Source: Acidimicrobiia bacterium (lineage in GTDB: Bacteria; Actinomycetota; Acidimicrobiia; Spongiisociales; ZC4RG35). From it: 64,000 nucleotides of DNA. The notes beneath the pieces are model-generated. The model worked only from the letters and a program-made list of their open reading frames with translations, had not been told where the DNA came from and searched no databases. The number at the start of each line of letters is the position of its first letter. Position 1 is the first letter of the stretch. This document shows, in pieces, positions 9,269 through 21,938 of this stretch. The stretch is from positions 1,972,058 to 2,036,057 of the forward strand of contig CBDFJY010000002.1 of the NCBI GenBank assembly GCA_965248705.1, given 5' to 3'. Made by a program: the position numbers and the translations under genes.

Positions 9269-10885
9269 TCACCCTGTCAGCACTTCCCGATATTTATCGC
9301 GCAGCACCTTTTTGTCGAACTTGCCGGTGCCGGTTTTGGGGACGGCGTCGATAAAGATGACCCGATCGGGCAACCACCAACTCACCACCTGCGGACGCAG
9401 AAATTCCAAAAGCTCTTCTTCGGTGACGTCCGAGCCTTCTTTGGCTACCACCAGCGCCACCGGACGCTCCTGCCATTTTTCGTGCGTGGCCCCCACCACC
9501 GCCGCTTCCGCTACCTTGGGGTGTCCCATCAGTTGGTTTTCCAGTTCCACCGAAGAGATCCATTCCCCGCCCGATTTGATCAGGTCCTTGGCGCGGTCGG
9601 TGATGCGGACATACCCCTCGGGAGTGATCTTGCATACGTCCCCGGTGCGCAGCCATCCGTCCTGGAAGGACTCGGGCGAACGAGGGTCGTTGTAATACTC
9701 GGCCGTCACCCACGGGCCCCGGATCAACAGTTCTCCGAATGCCTCACCGTCCTCGGGAAGTTGGTGGCCATCATCATCTACGATCTTGACCTGGAGGCCG
9801 GCGGTGGGAAGACCGGCTGTCTCCATAACGTCGAGTTGGCGGTCGAAATCCCAGTCCAACATATGCGGCTTGAGGAGGGCGACGCTGGCCACCGGGTTGG
9901 TCTCGGTCATGCCCCAGCCCTGAATGACGCGCACCCCCCGGGCTTTCCAGAACCACTCGATCAGGGAACGGGGCACCGCCGATCCGCCGCACAGAAAGGC
10001 CCGCAGCGAGGAGAGGTCCGTCTCGGGATGGGCTTCCAGATATTGCTTCATGCCCAACATCACGGTGGGCACTCCGGCGGAGAAGGTGACACCTTCCGAG
10101 GCCATCAGCGGAACCAGGGCCTCGGCGTGCAGGTCGGGTCCGGGGTAGGTCAGCTTGGCGCCCTGGGTGGTGGCCATGAAGGGATAGCCCCAGGCGGAGG
10201 CATGGAACATGGGCACGATCGGCAGCACGTTGTCATCGGGGCCGATGTGCACGGCGGCCAGGTTGGAGATGATGTGCAGGTAGGTGGAACGCTGGGTGTA
10301 GGCCACTCCTTTGGGGTCGCCGGTGGTGCCGGAGGTGTAGCAGAACATGAGCGGGGAGCGTTCCGAGAGCTCCGGCCAGGCGCCGTGGGACTCCGCGTCT
10401 CCGATCAGGTCCTCGTAGGCGATGGCGTTGGGGAGGCCGGAGTCGGAGGCGTTATCACCCATCACCACAAAAGCTTTCACGGCCTTCAGTTGGGGAACGA
10501 TGGGTGCCAGCAGCCCGGTGAGATCGGGATCGACGAAGACCACGTGGTCCTCTCCGTGGTTGATTATGTACGCGAGTTGGTCTGCGAACAGCCGGATGTT
10601 CAGGGTGTGACAAATCCGGCCGGTGTTGGCGGTGGCCCAATACAGCTCGTGGTGGCGCTGGTTGTTCCATGCAAAGGTACCCACCGCCTGGCCCTGGGCG
10701 ATTCCCAGTTTCCTGTCGAGGGCGGTGGCCAGGCGCCGGACTCGTTGGTCGGTCTCCTCGTAGGTGGTGCGAGTCAAGGAGTGGTCTGCCTCGACCGAGA
10801 CGATCTGCTGGTCGGGAAACAGGCGCACCGCCCGGTCGTAGAGAGTGGAAAGAAGGAGCGGGAAGTCATCCATCATGTGCGGCAT
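9269..10885 (-). CDS. long-chain fatty-acid--CoA ligase (AMP-dependent synthetase)
   Basis: YTSGTTGDPKGV AMP-binding motif and C-terminal KxxR region; likely start MPHMMDD at 10885 (the ORF track extends to 10972 with an implausible N-terminal extension). Confidence 0.85.
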   Translation of the reverse strand: MPHMMDDFPLLLSTLYDRAVRLFPDQQIVSVEADHSLTRTTYEETDQRVRRLATALDRKLGIAQGQAVGTFAWNNQRHHELYWATANTGRICHTLNIRLFADQLAYIINHGEDHVVFVDPDLTGLLAPIVPQLKAVKAFVVMGDNASDSGLPNAIAYEDLIGDAESHGAWPELSERSPLMFCYTSGTTGDPKGVAYTQRSTYLHIISNLAAVHIGPDDNVLPIVPMFHASAWGYPFMATTQGAKLTYPGPDLHAEALVPLMASEGVTFSAGVPTVMLGMKQYLEAHPETDLSSLRAFLCGGSAVPRSLIEWFWKARGVRVIQGWGMTETNPVASVALLKPHMLDWDFDRQLDVMETAGLPTAGLQVKIVDDDGHQLPEDGEAFGELLIRGPWVTAEYYNDPRSPESFQDGWLRTGDVCKITPEGYVRITDRAKDLIKSGGEWISSVELENQLMGHPKVAEAAVVGATHEKWQERPVALVVAKEGSDVTEEELLEFLRPQVVSWWLPDRVIFIDAVPKTGTGKFDKKVLRDKYREVLTG

Positions 10886-10908
10886 AGCCCACAAGGCTAC
10901 CGCAATAA

Positions 10909-11478
10909 TCACCGCCTTTTGCGCAGTCGGCACGGACGAACAACCCGTCCTACAAAGCGGTGTTGCGGCCACGACCAGTCTCCGAGGGATCGGGGGTCTT
11001 CCGGGATGATTACCACCGCCTCATAAGTGGTTGTTTGGATCCGCCGACCAGGAGGGACAGAGGAGCGAAGGGCATCATTTTCTTTGTTTTGTGCGTTGTG
11101 GGCGGCGGTATGGGTTTCGTGGGCGGGGTGGTCGGAGGGAGTACTGTCCGGTGGAGGTCTGGCGTACTCTCCAGCCGTTGTCGTGTACCTTGTGGTGGCG
11201 GCGGGAGCATAGGAAACAGAGGTTTTCGAGGTCGGTTGGGCCTCCGGGCTGCCAGGGATGATGTGATGCGCCTGACACCAAGCGGCCGAGGCGCCGCACC
11301 CTATGCATTCTCGGTCCCGCGCTATGAGGGCGACGCGTTGGGCGGGACTGGCGATTCGTCGGGCTCTTCCCAGGTCGAGGGGTTGGGAGGCTCCTCGGAA
11401 GATGGTGGGGAGCATTTCTGTGTCGCAGGCCATTTGACGGATCTTGTGGTCGGGGAGGGGTGTCCCATCGGGTAGATG
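10909..11478 (-). pseudogene. remnant of a DUF222/HNH endonuclease gene (C-terminal HNH half, frameshifted)
   Basis: Frame 1 LPDGTPLP...SPAQRVALIARDRECIGCGASAAWCQAHHIIP and frame 2 (11075-11641 ORF) GGPTDLENLCFLCSRRHHKVHDNGWRVRQT together match the C-terminal HNH region of the intact gene at 37800-39116; one frameshift inside the HNH motif; no DUF222 N-terminal half. Confidence 0.65.
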
Positions 11479-11742
11479 GGCTTTTCCTAGTTCTTTGGTG
11501 ATGATGTCGAGGGGATTCTTGGCGCCTGTGACCAAATGGGTGGGAGGGTCGAATTTTGTGACGGCTACTTTGAATCCGTTTCTGTCCATCCTGATCCGCA
11601 TTCGACTGCCCAGCGCCACGGGTTCGCCATCGACGGTCCACATCTCCCGAAGCCGGTCACTCCATCTCACCCGGCCTTCCAGGTCGGTCAACTCCTTCCA
11701 TACCCTCTCCGGCGTGGCGTTGATGGCGATGGTCTCTGTCAC
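11479..11742 (-). pseudogene. truncated SRPBCC (polyketide cyclase/AHSA1-like) gene, N-terminal ~88 codons only, fused in frame to the HNH remnant
   Basis: MTETIAINATPERVWKELTDLEGRVRWS... is a typical SRPBCC N-terminus; the reading frame then continues into HNH-homologous sequence. Confidence 0.45.
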
Positions 11743-11789
11743 CTGTGTTATGGATGAGTCCCTTCCTCAGTTAGATTTCAAGGTTAAGT

Positions 11790-12986
11790 ATGACCACTTC
11801 ACAGATGAATCTGGCCACCCGCGGCGCCGACACCATATTGCCTCCCGGACGGCTGGAGGAACTCTTGGAGAGTGGACATCCCCTCCGAATCAAGCTGGGT
11901 CTCGATCCCACCGCTCCCATGGTCACCCTGGGATGGGCGGTGGTGCTGCGAAAGCTCCGTCACTTCCAGGAGTTGGGGCACACCGCGGTGCTGATTGTGG
12001 GCGATTTCACCGCAAGGGTGGGGGACCCGAGCGGCAAGAGCGAGACCCGCCGCCGGCTCACTGCAGAAGAGGTCAAAGCCCACGCCGAACCTCTCTTGGA
12101 TCAGTTCCGCCGGGTGCTACTTCCCGAACCGCTGGAGATCCGTTGGAACTCGGAGTGGCTCGAGACCCTGGACATGACCGAGATTCTGGAGCTCACCTCC
12201 ACGGTCACAGTCGCACAGATGCTGGAGCGTTCCGATTTTGCTAACCGCTATGCAGAGGGCACGCCCATCTCGATCATGGAGTTCCTCTACCCGCTGCTGC
12301 AGGGCTACGACTCGGTGGCGGTCGAGGCCGATGTGGAACTGGGCGGTTCGGATCAGTTGTGGAATTTGATGATGGGGCGGATCATCCAGACCCGCTACGG
12401 ACAAGACCCCCAGGTCGCCCTCACCATGCCGCTTTTGACGGGTACAGACGGGCGCCACAAGATGTCACAATCTCTGGGTAACTACATAGGAGTCTGCGAT
12501 CCTCCCAAGGAGATGTTCGGCAGGACCATGTCCATCCCCGACCATCTGCTGGGCGAATGGTTCCGGCTGGCGGCTGACCGGCCGGCCGAAGAGGTCGACC
12601 GGATGGTGGACGAGATAGCCGCAGGCGAGTTGCACCCCGGCCAAGCCAAGCGGCTCTTGGCCCGACAGATCATCTCCCTCTACTGGGTAGAGGAGGAGTC
12701 GGAGGCCGCCGAGGCCGATTTCGACCGGCGGTTCAAACATCGGGAAGTACCTGATGACTCGCCACCCTTTACGCTCCCTGCTGCCGACCCTGTTTACCTG
12801 CCAGGGCTGCTGCGCGCGGCGGAACTTGTCAAATCGGGGAGCGAGGCCCGGCGCCTGATAAATGCGGGGGCGATCAGGTTGGACGGCGATTCGGTGGAGG
12901 TCTATGAGATGGCGCGGGACCGGTTGGTGGGAAAAGTGTTGATGGTTGGAAAACGCAAGTCGGTCTTCCTCCGAAATTCGATTTGA
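11790..12986 (+). CDS. tyrS: tyrosyl-tRNA synthetase
   Basis: 398 aa; HIGH-region variant (LGLDPTAP...LGH), KMSQS (KMSKS) motif, C-terminal S4-like domain. Confidence 0.9.
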   Translation: MTTSQMNLATRGADTILPPGRLEELLESGHPLRIKLGLDPTAPMVTLGWAVVLRKLRHFQELGHTAVLIVGDFTARVGDPSGKSETRRRLTAEEVKAHAEPLLDQFRRVLLPEPLEIRWNSEWLETLDMTEILELTSTVTVAQMLERSDFANRYAEGTPISIMEFLYPLLQGYDSVAVEADVELGGSDQLWNLMMGRIIQTRYGQDPQVALTMPLLTGTDGRHKMSQSLGNYIGVCDPPKEMFGRTMSIPDHLLGEWFRLAADRPAEEVDRMVDEIAAGELHPGQAKRLLARQIISLYWVEEESEAAEADFDRRFKHREVPDDSPPFTLPAADPVYLPGLLRAAELVKSGSEARRLINAGAIRLDGDSVEVYEMARDRLVGKVLMVGKRKSVFLRNSI

Positions 12987-13012
12987 CTTTGTAGCCGAGG
13001 TCTGTCTAGTAT
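12983..13012 (+). promoter_or_regulatory. candidate rRNA operon promoter (TTGACT-N18-TAGTAT)
   Basis: Near-consensus -35/-10 hexamers ~225 nt upstream of the mature 16S 5' end; the -35 overlaps the tyrS stop codon. Confidence 0.35.
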
Positions 13013-13239
13013 CCAGAGGCCCGATAACTTCGGGAGAACCCCTACGGGCTTCTTGACAACTGAATAGTGTGCCAAAAGCCGGTATGCGCCGACCTGCTCT
13101 CGGGTTTCGATCCGCAGATCAGAGTCGGTGGCATCCAAAGAGCTCGGGTCACAGAGTGGCCCGGGACCCCTTTAAATAAAGGATGCGAACTCAAAATATT
13201 GACACCAGAGGAGCGGGGCGACCCGCTCGTAAAAGTGTT

Positions 13240-14756
<1,517 letters not shown>

Positions 14757-14924
14757 AAGGAGCATAAAATGCTCTCACTTGGTCACCGGTTACTCGGTCC
14801 ACTCTGTGGTCCGGGCGCACTATTCAGTAGTGAGGGAGTCCGTAGCCCCATTTGGGGCCGGTTCCACCTCACAGGCACCTTGAAAGATTCAACAAGTCAA
14901 AATTGTCTTGGATTCTCTGTCCAA

Positions 14925-17980
<3,056 letters not shown>

Positions 17981-18015
17981 GAGAATCCTGGACAATTTTG
18001 CTTGTTGAAGATTTG

Positions 18016-18137
18016 GTTGTCCGGTGGCGATAGCGTTGGGGACCCACCCGTTCCCATTCCGAACACGGAAGTGAAACCCGACTGCGCCGATGGTACTTGG
18101 GTTGCAAAACCCCGGGAGAGTAGGTCACCGCCGGACA
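18016..18137 (+). rRNA. rrf: 5S ribosomal RNA
   Basis: GTTGTCCGGTGGCGATAGCG...CCGAACACGGAAGTGAAAC...GGTCACCGCCGGACAA, canonical 5S helices. Confidence 0.9.
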
Positions 18138-18144
18138 ATCTACC

Positions 18145-18275
18145 TTTCAGGTCATACCCTATGAAGGGAAGTTTTCCACGGTTTAACCCGGTAAGGCCCT
18201 TGGTGGAACACCGAGTTGTTCATCTGAGGCGGGTAATAACCAAATGGGTCGAAGGCTTGGGCATTGATACCCGAA
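18145..18275 (+). repeat. diverged duplicate of the 23S rRNA 3'-terminal region located downstream of 5S
   Basis: CACGGTTTAACCCGGTAAGGCCCTTGGTGGAACACCGAGTTG...GAAGGCTTGGGCA aligns with 23S 17870-17980 GGGTTTTAACCCGGTAAGGCCCCTGGCAGAACACCAGGTTG...GAGGGCTTGGGCA. Confidence 0.55.
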
Positions 18276-18354
18276 TGCGACGGCGGCCTTGAGTCCCAGA
18301 CCCCCGGACGGCAGGTCGGTCGGATAACCAACTTCAGGTAATAAACTCAGGGGA

Positions 18355-20199
18355 ATGAATTATCTTCTTTCGCGTCGTGCCGGACGACTGTTGGTCGTCA
18401 TTTTGGCCATGGGGCTTTGGGCCTCAGCACCCGTCATCGCCCAAGATTCTTCCGCGGTAGCCGAAGATTCGACGCCGGGCGCCATCGCCGAAGATTCCGG
18501 TCAGGTTCTGACCAATCGGGATGCGGCCGTTTTGGTGGCCGATGCCTTGGAGCTTTCGGATCAGCTTTGGCAAGGACTGTTCCTAGATGTGGGAGAGGGG
18601 AACGAAGACGCAGGAGCGATTGAAGCACTGGCTTTAGCGGGGGTGATTACGGCGAACCGGGATGGGACTTTTCAACCTGACGATTTGATTACGCGCGGCG
18701 ATTTCGCAGTTATGGTGGATCGGGGATTCTTCTCCGCCGCGGTGACGCCGGGCCCGGTGGCGTTTACGGACATTCCCGAGGGGGCGCGCTACGTCGACGC
18801 GGCGCAGCATCTGTATGTGCTGGGAGTCACCAAAGGCTGCTCGGCTGATCCACTGCAGTTCTGTGGTGAAGAGTTGGTCACTCGATGGGAAGCGGAGACT
18901 TTGCTGGGGAGGGCAGTGGAGATCCCCTATGTGATTTCCGACTGTGAAGATCCCCGTCTGTGGCGACTTCTATGCGATGTTTACGAGCTGATCGACACTC
19001 GCTACCTGCCGGAGATAACCCTTGAGGAGTTGGCGGCGCCGATTGATCAAGCCGCCTTAATTGCGGCGGAGGGGGTGGATGATCTGACGCCGAAGCGTTC
19101 ACGGTTTGTCTGCTCCATTCCCGATCCGGTATTCGAGTCGGCGTGTTCTTGGGCGGTGATCACCGACGGCACCCTGGCCGAGGCGGCGGAGGCGGCAGTA
19201 AGGGAGATGTTGAATGCGCTTGACAGAAACAGCGCCTATCACGGCCCCGAAGCTTGGGAGGATATCTTGCGTGGGCAAGAAGGCAGATATGTGGGGATTG
19301 GAGTTCGGGTGGCTGCGGTGGAGGAGCAGGGGGCAACGGGCTGTATGCCTTTCTCGGAAACCTGTCGGCTGACCATACTGACCGTCTTTGAGGGGGGACC
19401 GGCCATGTTCGCCGGTTTCCAGAAGGGGGATGTAATTCTGGAGGTGGACGGAATCAGCATCAACGGTATGACCATTGCGCAAGTGGCCAATCTGATCCGG
19501 GGTGAGATCGATACCTCAGTAACCATCACCATTGGTCGGGACGACCGGCAAATGGCGGTTCCCCTTATCCGCAAGGAGATCATCACCCCGTTTGTTCGCT
19601 CTTATGTCCATGAGACAGAGTCCATCTACTATCTCCAGCTCAACAGTTTTGCTTGGCCTAAAGCGGGTATCGAATTCCGACAGCACCTAACCACGACGGT
19701 CGGAGCCCTCCTGATTATCGATCTGCGCGGAAATCCAGGTGGTAGCCTGCTCACGCTCCTGAACATTGTCGGCGCTCTGCTGGGCGATGTGCCCGGGTTG
19801 GTGTTCCACAACGCGGACACCTCGGATGTTTTCGACGGCTTTGGCCTGCCTCTTATCGGGGCTGAGACTTCACAGATCGCGGTGTTGGTGGACGAACACT
19901 CCGCTTCGGCATCGGAGGCGCTGGCCGGAGTGCTCCAGGAGACGGGCAGGGCGGTTATTGTGGGACAAGCTACCTTCGGTAAGAACACTGGGCAGACTTT
20001 GCTGCCTCTTCACAATGACGGAGTTCTGCGGTTAACCACCAACAAGTGGACTACTCCGGGCGGATTGGACATAGGAGAGGGAGGTCTTATTCCTGACATC
20101 GAAATCGATATTCCCGACCTGGACCCCCAGCCTCTGATGAAATGGGTGAAGGATCTCTTGGAGCAGACACCCGAGGATGGGGACACCCCCCAAGAGTGA
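18355..20199 (+). CDS. C-terminal processing protease (peptidase S41) with signal peptide, two N-terminal SLH domains and a PDZ domain
   Basis: Signal peptide; SLH-like repeats (ALALAGVITANRDGTFQPDDLITRGDFAVMV; FTDIPEGARYVDAAQHLYVLGVTKG...VTRWEAE); PDZ (GDVILEVDGISINGM); S41 motif LIIDLRGNPGGSL. Confidence 0.8.
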   Translation: MNYLLSRRAGRLLVVILAMGLWASAPVIAQDSSAVAEDSTPGAIAEDSGQVLTNRDAAVLVADALELSDQLWQGLFLDVGEGNEDAGAIEALALAGVITANRDGTFQPDDLITRGDFAVMVDRGFFSAAVTPGPVAFTDIPEGARYVDAAQHLYVLGVTKGCSADPLQFCGEELVTRWEAETLLGRAVEIPYVISDCEDPRLWRLLCDVYELIDTRYLPEITLEELAAPIDQAALIAAEGVDDLTPKRSRFVCSIPDPVFESACSWAVITDGTLAEAAEAAVREMLNALDRNSAYHGPEAWEDILRGQEGRYVGIGVRVAAVEEQGATGCMPFSETCRLTILTVFEGGPAMFAGFQKGDVILEVDGISINGMTIAQVANLIRGEIDTSVTITIGRDDRQMAVPLIRKEIITPFVRSYVHETESIYYLQLNSFAWPKAGIEFRQHLTTTVGALLIIDLRGNPGGSLLTLLNIVGALLGDVPGLVFHNADTSDVFDGFGLPLIGAETSQIAVLVDEHSASASEALAGVLQETGRAVIVGQATFGKNTGQTLLPLHNDGVLRLTTNKWTTPGGLDIGEGGLIPDIEIDIPDLDPQPLMKWVKDLLEQTPEDGDTPQE

Positions 20200-20255
20200 G
20201 AGAACACGGATCTTGGTTTCGATTGAATCTGCCGGACAGATTGCTCTACAGGGGG

Positions 20256-21938
20256 TCAACCCTGCAAAGTTCTGGGGGAAAGGGCGGGCCGATGATGACG
20301 TTCGGCGTATGCGGGGGATATAAAACCATCGGCTAGATCGGCGAGAACCGCCTCGGGGTCGCGGTGGAGAGGATCACCGTATCCCCCGCCACCGCCGGTA
20401 TAGCACCGCACTACGTCCCCGGTCCGAAGCGGCATCCGGTTGGTTTTGAGACGGCGTTGCTCTCGGTCGCGGCCGGGATTGATGATCACTTCCGGGGGTG
20501 CTCCGCCCTGGCCGCCGAAGAGGCCCCAGGCCGGGAAGCGGGAACGTTCGAACCAGAGACTCAGTTCGGTGTTAGTGGTCATCTGGTATTCCCTGACAAT
20601 TCCATTCCCCCCGCGCCATTGGCCGGCGCCGGCCGAGTCCTGACGGAACCCGTAATCGGTGACCCGCGCCGGGAACTTTGACTCAAAGACCTCGATGGGC
20701 ATATCGTGAAAATTGCCAGACAGGGTCCAGATCATCCCATCCTCGCCGTCCTGGCCGATCGAGGCGCCCCATCCCCCCACATGCGGCTCGTTTTCCAGGA
20801 ACAACTCCCCGGTGGGGGGATTGATCCCGGTGAACTGGAATACCATCCCGTCACCGTAATGGGCGGCCGGAACGGTGTCTGCAAGGACGGGAGAGAGGGC
20901 CAAAGAGATCAGGTCGATCATCAACCCCAAGGGGGTGAAATAGAACTGACAGGCCGCTGGCGGGCGGGCGCCCAGTATCGATCCGGGTCGCGTCCGCACC
21001 TCCAAGGGTCGGAAGGTGCCCCCGTTCACGGGCTGATGGGAGTTGAACAGGTATTTGAAGGAGAGGCGGCAGGCAGACAGGGTCTGCACCTCACCGCAGT
21101 TGATCGGACCCCGTCCCGGGCCGTCGGTATCGGTGAGGTCGAATAGGAGCCTTTCTCCTTCCACGGTGATCTTCACCCGAATCCAGACCGGTTCATCTCC
21201 CACCCCATCGGAGTCTAAGAAGCCCTTCGCGGTGTAGACGCCGTCGGGAATTGCCTTGATGGCCTCCCGGTCCAATTGCTCGCTTTGGCGGAATATCTCC
21301 TCGGCGGCTGCTTCCACGGTCTCCCGTCCATAGCGGTCGAACAGCGCTCCCAGGCGGTATGACCCGATGGCGGCCACTGCGAACTGCGCCTTCATGTCGC
21401 CGATCGCCGACTCCGGGAATCGCACGTTGCTTTCGATGATGGAGACGACATCCTCCACCGGGCGCCCACCTCTCATCACCTGGGTGGGCGGCAGGCGGAC
21501 TCCCTCCTGGAAGACCTCGGTGGCGTCCATGGGCACTCCCGGGTCCTTGGCGCCGATGTCCAGCCAATGAGCGCGGGAGGCGGCGAAGCCCGCCAGATCT
21601 CCCCGATAGAAGATGGGGGCGAAGACGGTCACGTCGTGCATGTGAGTGCCGGTCAGATAAGGATCGTTCATGATCCAGATATCGCCCTCGCCCCACACCG
21701 ACCTTCCGAACATCTGCTCGGTGGCGAGAGTGCAGGCTTCCAGGTTTCCCAGGAAGAGTGGGACTCCCGATGATTGTCCCAACACCCGGTGCTGGCTGTC
21801 GATCAGGGCCACGGCGCAGTCTTTGGATTCGTATATGACCGGGGTGTAGGCGGATCGGATCAGGGCGGCGTTCATCTCCTCGGCGGCCATGATGAAGGCG
21901 TTGCGGAGGATCTCGATGGTGATCGGATCGGGGCTCAT
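20256..21938 (-). CDS. hyuB: hydantoinase B / oxoprolinase family protein (HyuB)
   Basis: 560 aa, clear paralog of the 574-aa HyuB proteins at 46.5-51.7 kb; start overlaps hyuA stop. Confidence 0.85.
   Translation of the reverse strand: MSPDPITIEILRNAFIMAAEEMNAALIRSAYTPVIYESKDCAVALIDSQHRVLGQSSGVPLFLGNLEACTLATEQMFGRSVWGEGDIWIMNDPYLTGTHMHDVTVFAPIFYRGDLAGFAASRAHWLDIGAKDPGVPMDATEVFQEGVRLPPTQVMRGGRPVEDVVSIIESNVRFPESAIGDMKAQFAVAAIGSYRLGALFDRYGRETVEAAAEEIFRQSEQLDREAIKAIPDGVYTAKGFLDSDGVGDEPVWIRVKITVEGERLLFDLTDTDGPGRGPINCGEVQTLSACRLSFKYLFNSHQPVNGGTFRPLEVRTRPGSILGARPPAACQFYFTPLGLMIDLISLALSPVLADTVPAAHYGDGMVFQFTGINPPTGELFLENEPHVGGWGASIGQDGEDGMIWTLSGNFHDMPIEVFESKFPARVTDYGFRQDSAGAGQWRGGNGIVREYQMTTNTELSLWFERSRFPAWGLFGGQGGAPPEVIINPGRDREQRRLKTNRMPLRTGDVVRCYTGGGGGYGDPLHRDPEAVLADLADGFISPAYAERHHRPALSPRTLQG

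Noticed and set aside
8672-11026. 784-aa ORF on the plus strand
   Set aside because: Lies antisense across fabI, the small membrane gene and the acyl-CoA ligase; low-complexity G/H/P-rich translation typical of high-GC antisense frames; no motifs.
13199-13235. Second rRNA promoter candidate (TTGACA at 13199)
   Set aside because: No acceptable -10 at 16-19 nt spacing. The adjacent GAGCGGG-GCGA-CCCGCTC hairpin is more likely part of the 16S leader/processing stem.
14757-14924. Looked for tRNA genes in the 16S-23S spacer
   Set aside because: The spacer is only ~170 nt and contains no cloverleaf-compatible sequence (no GTTC-loop context). tRNA-less spacers are normal for actinobacteria.
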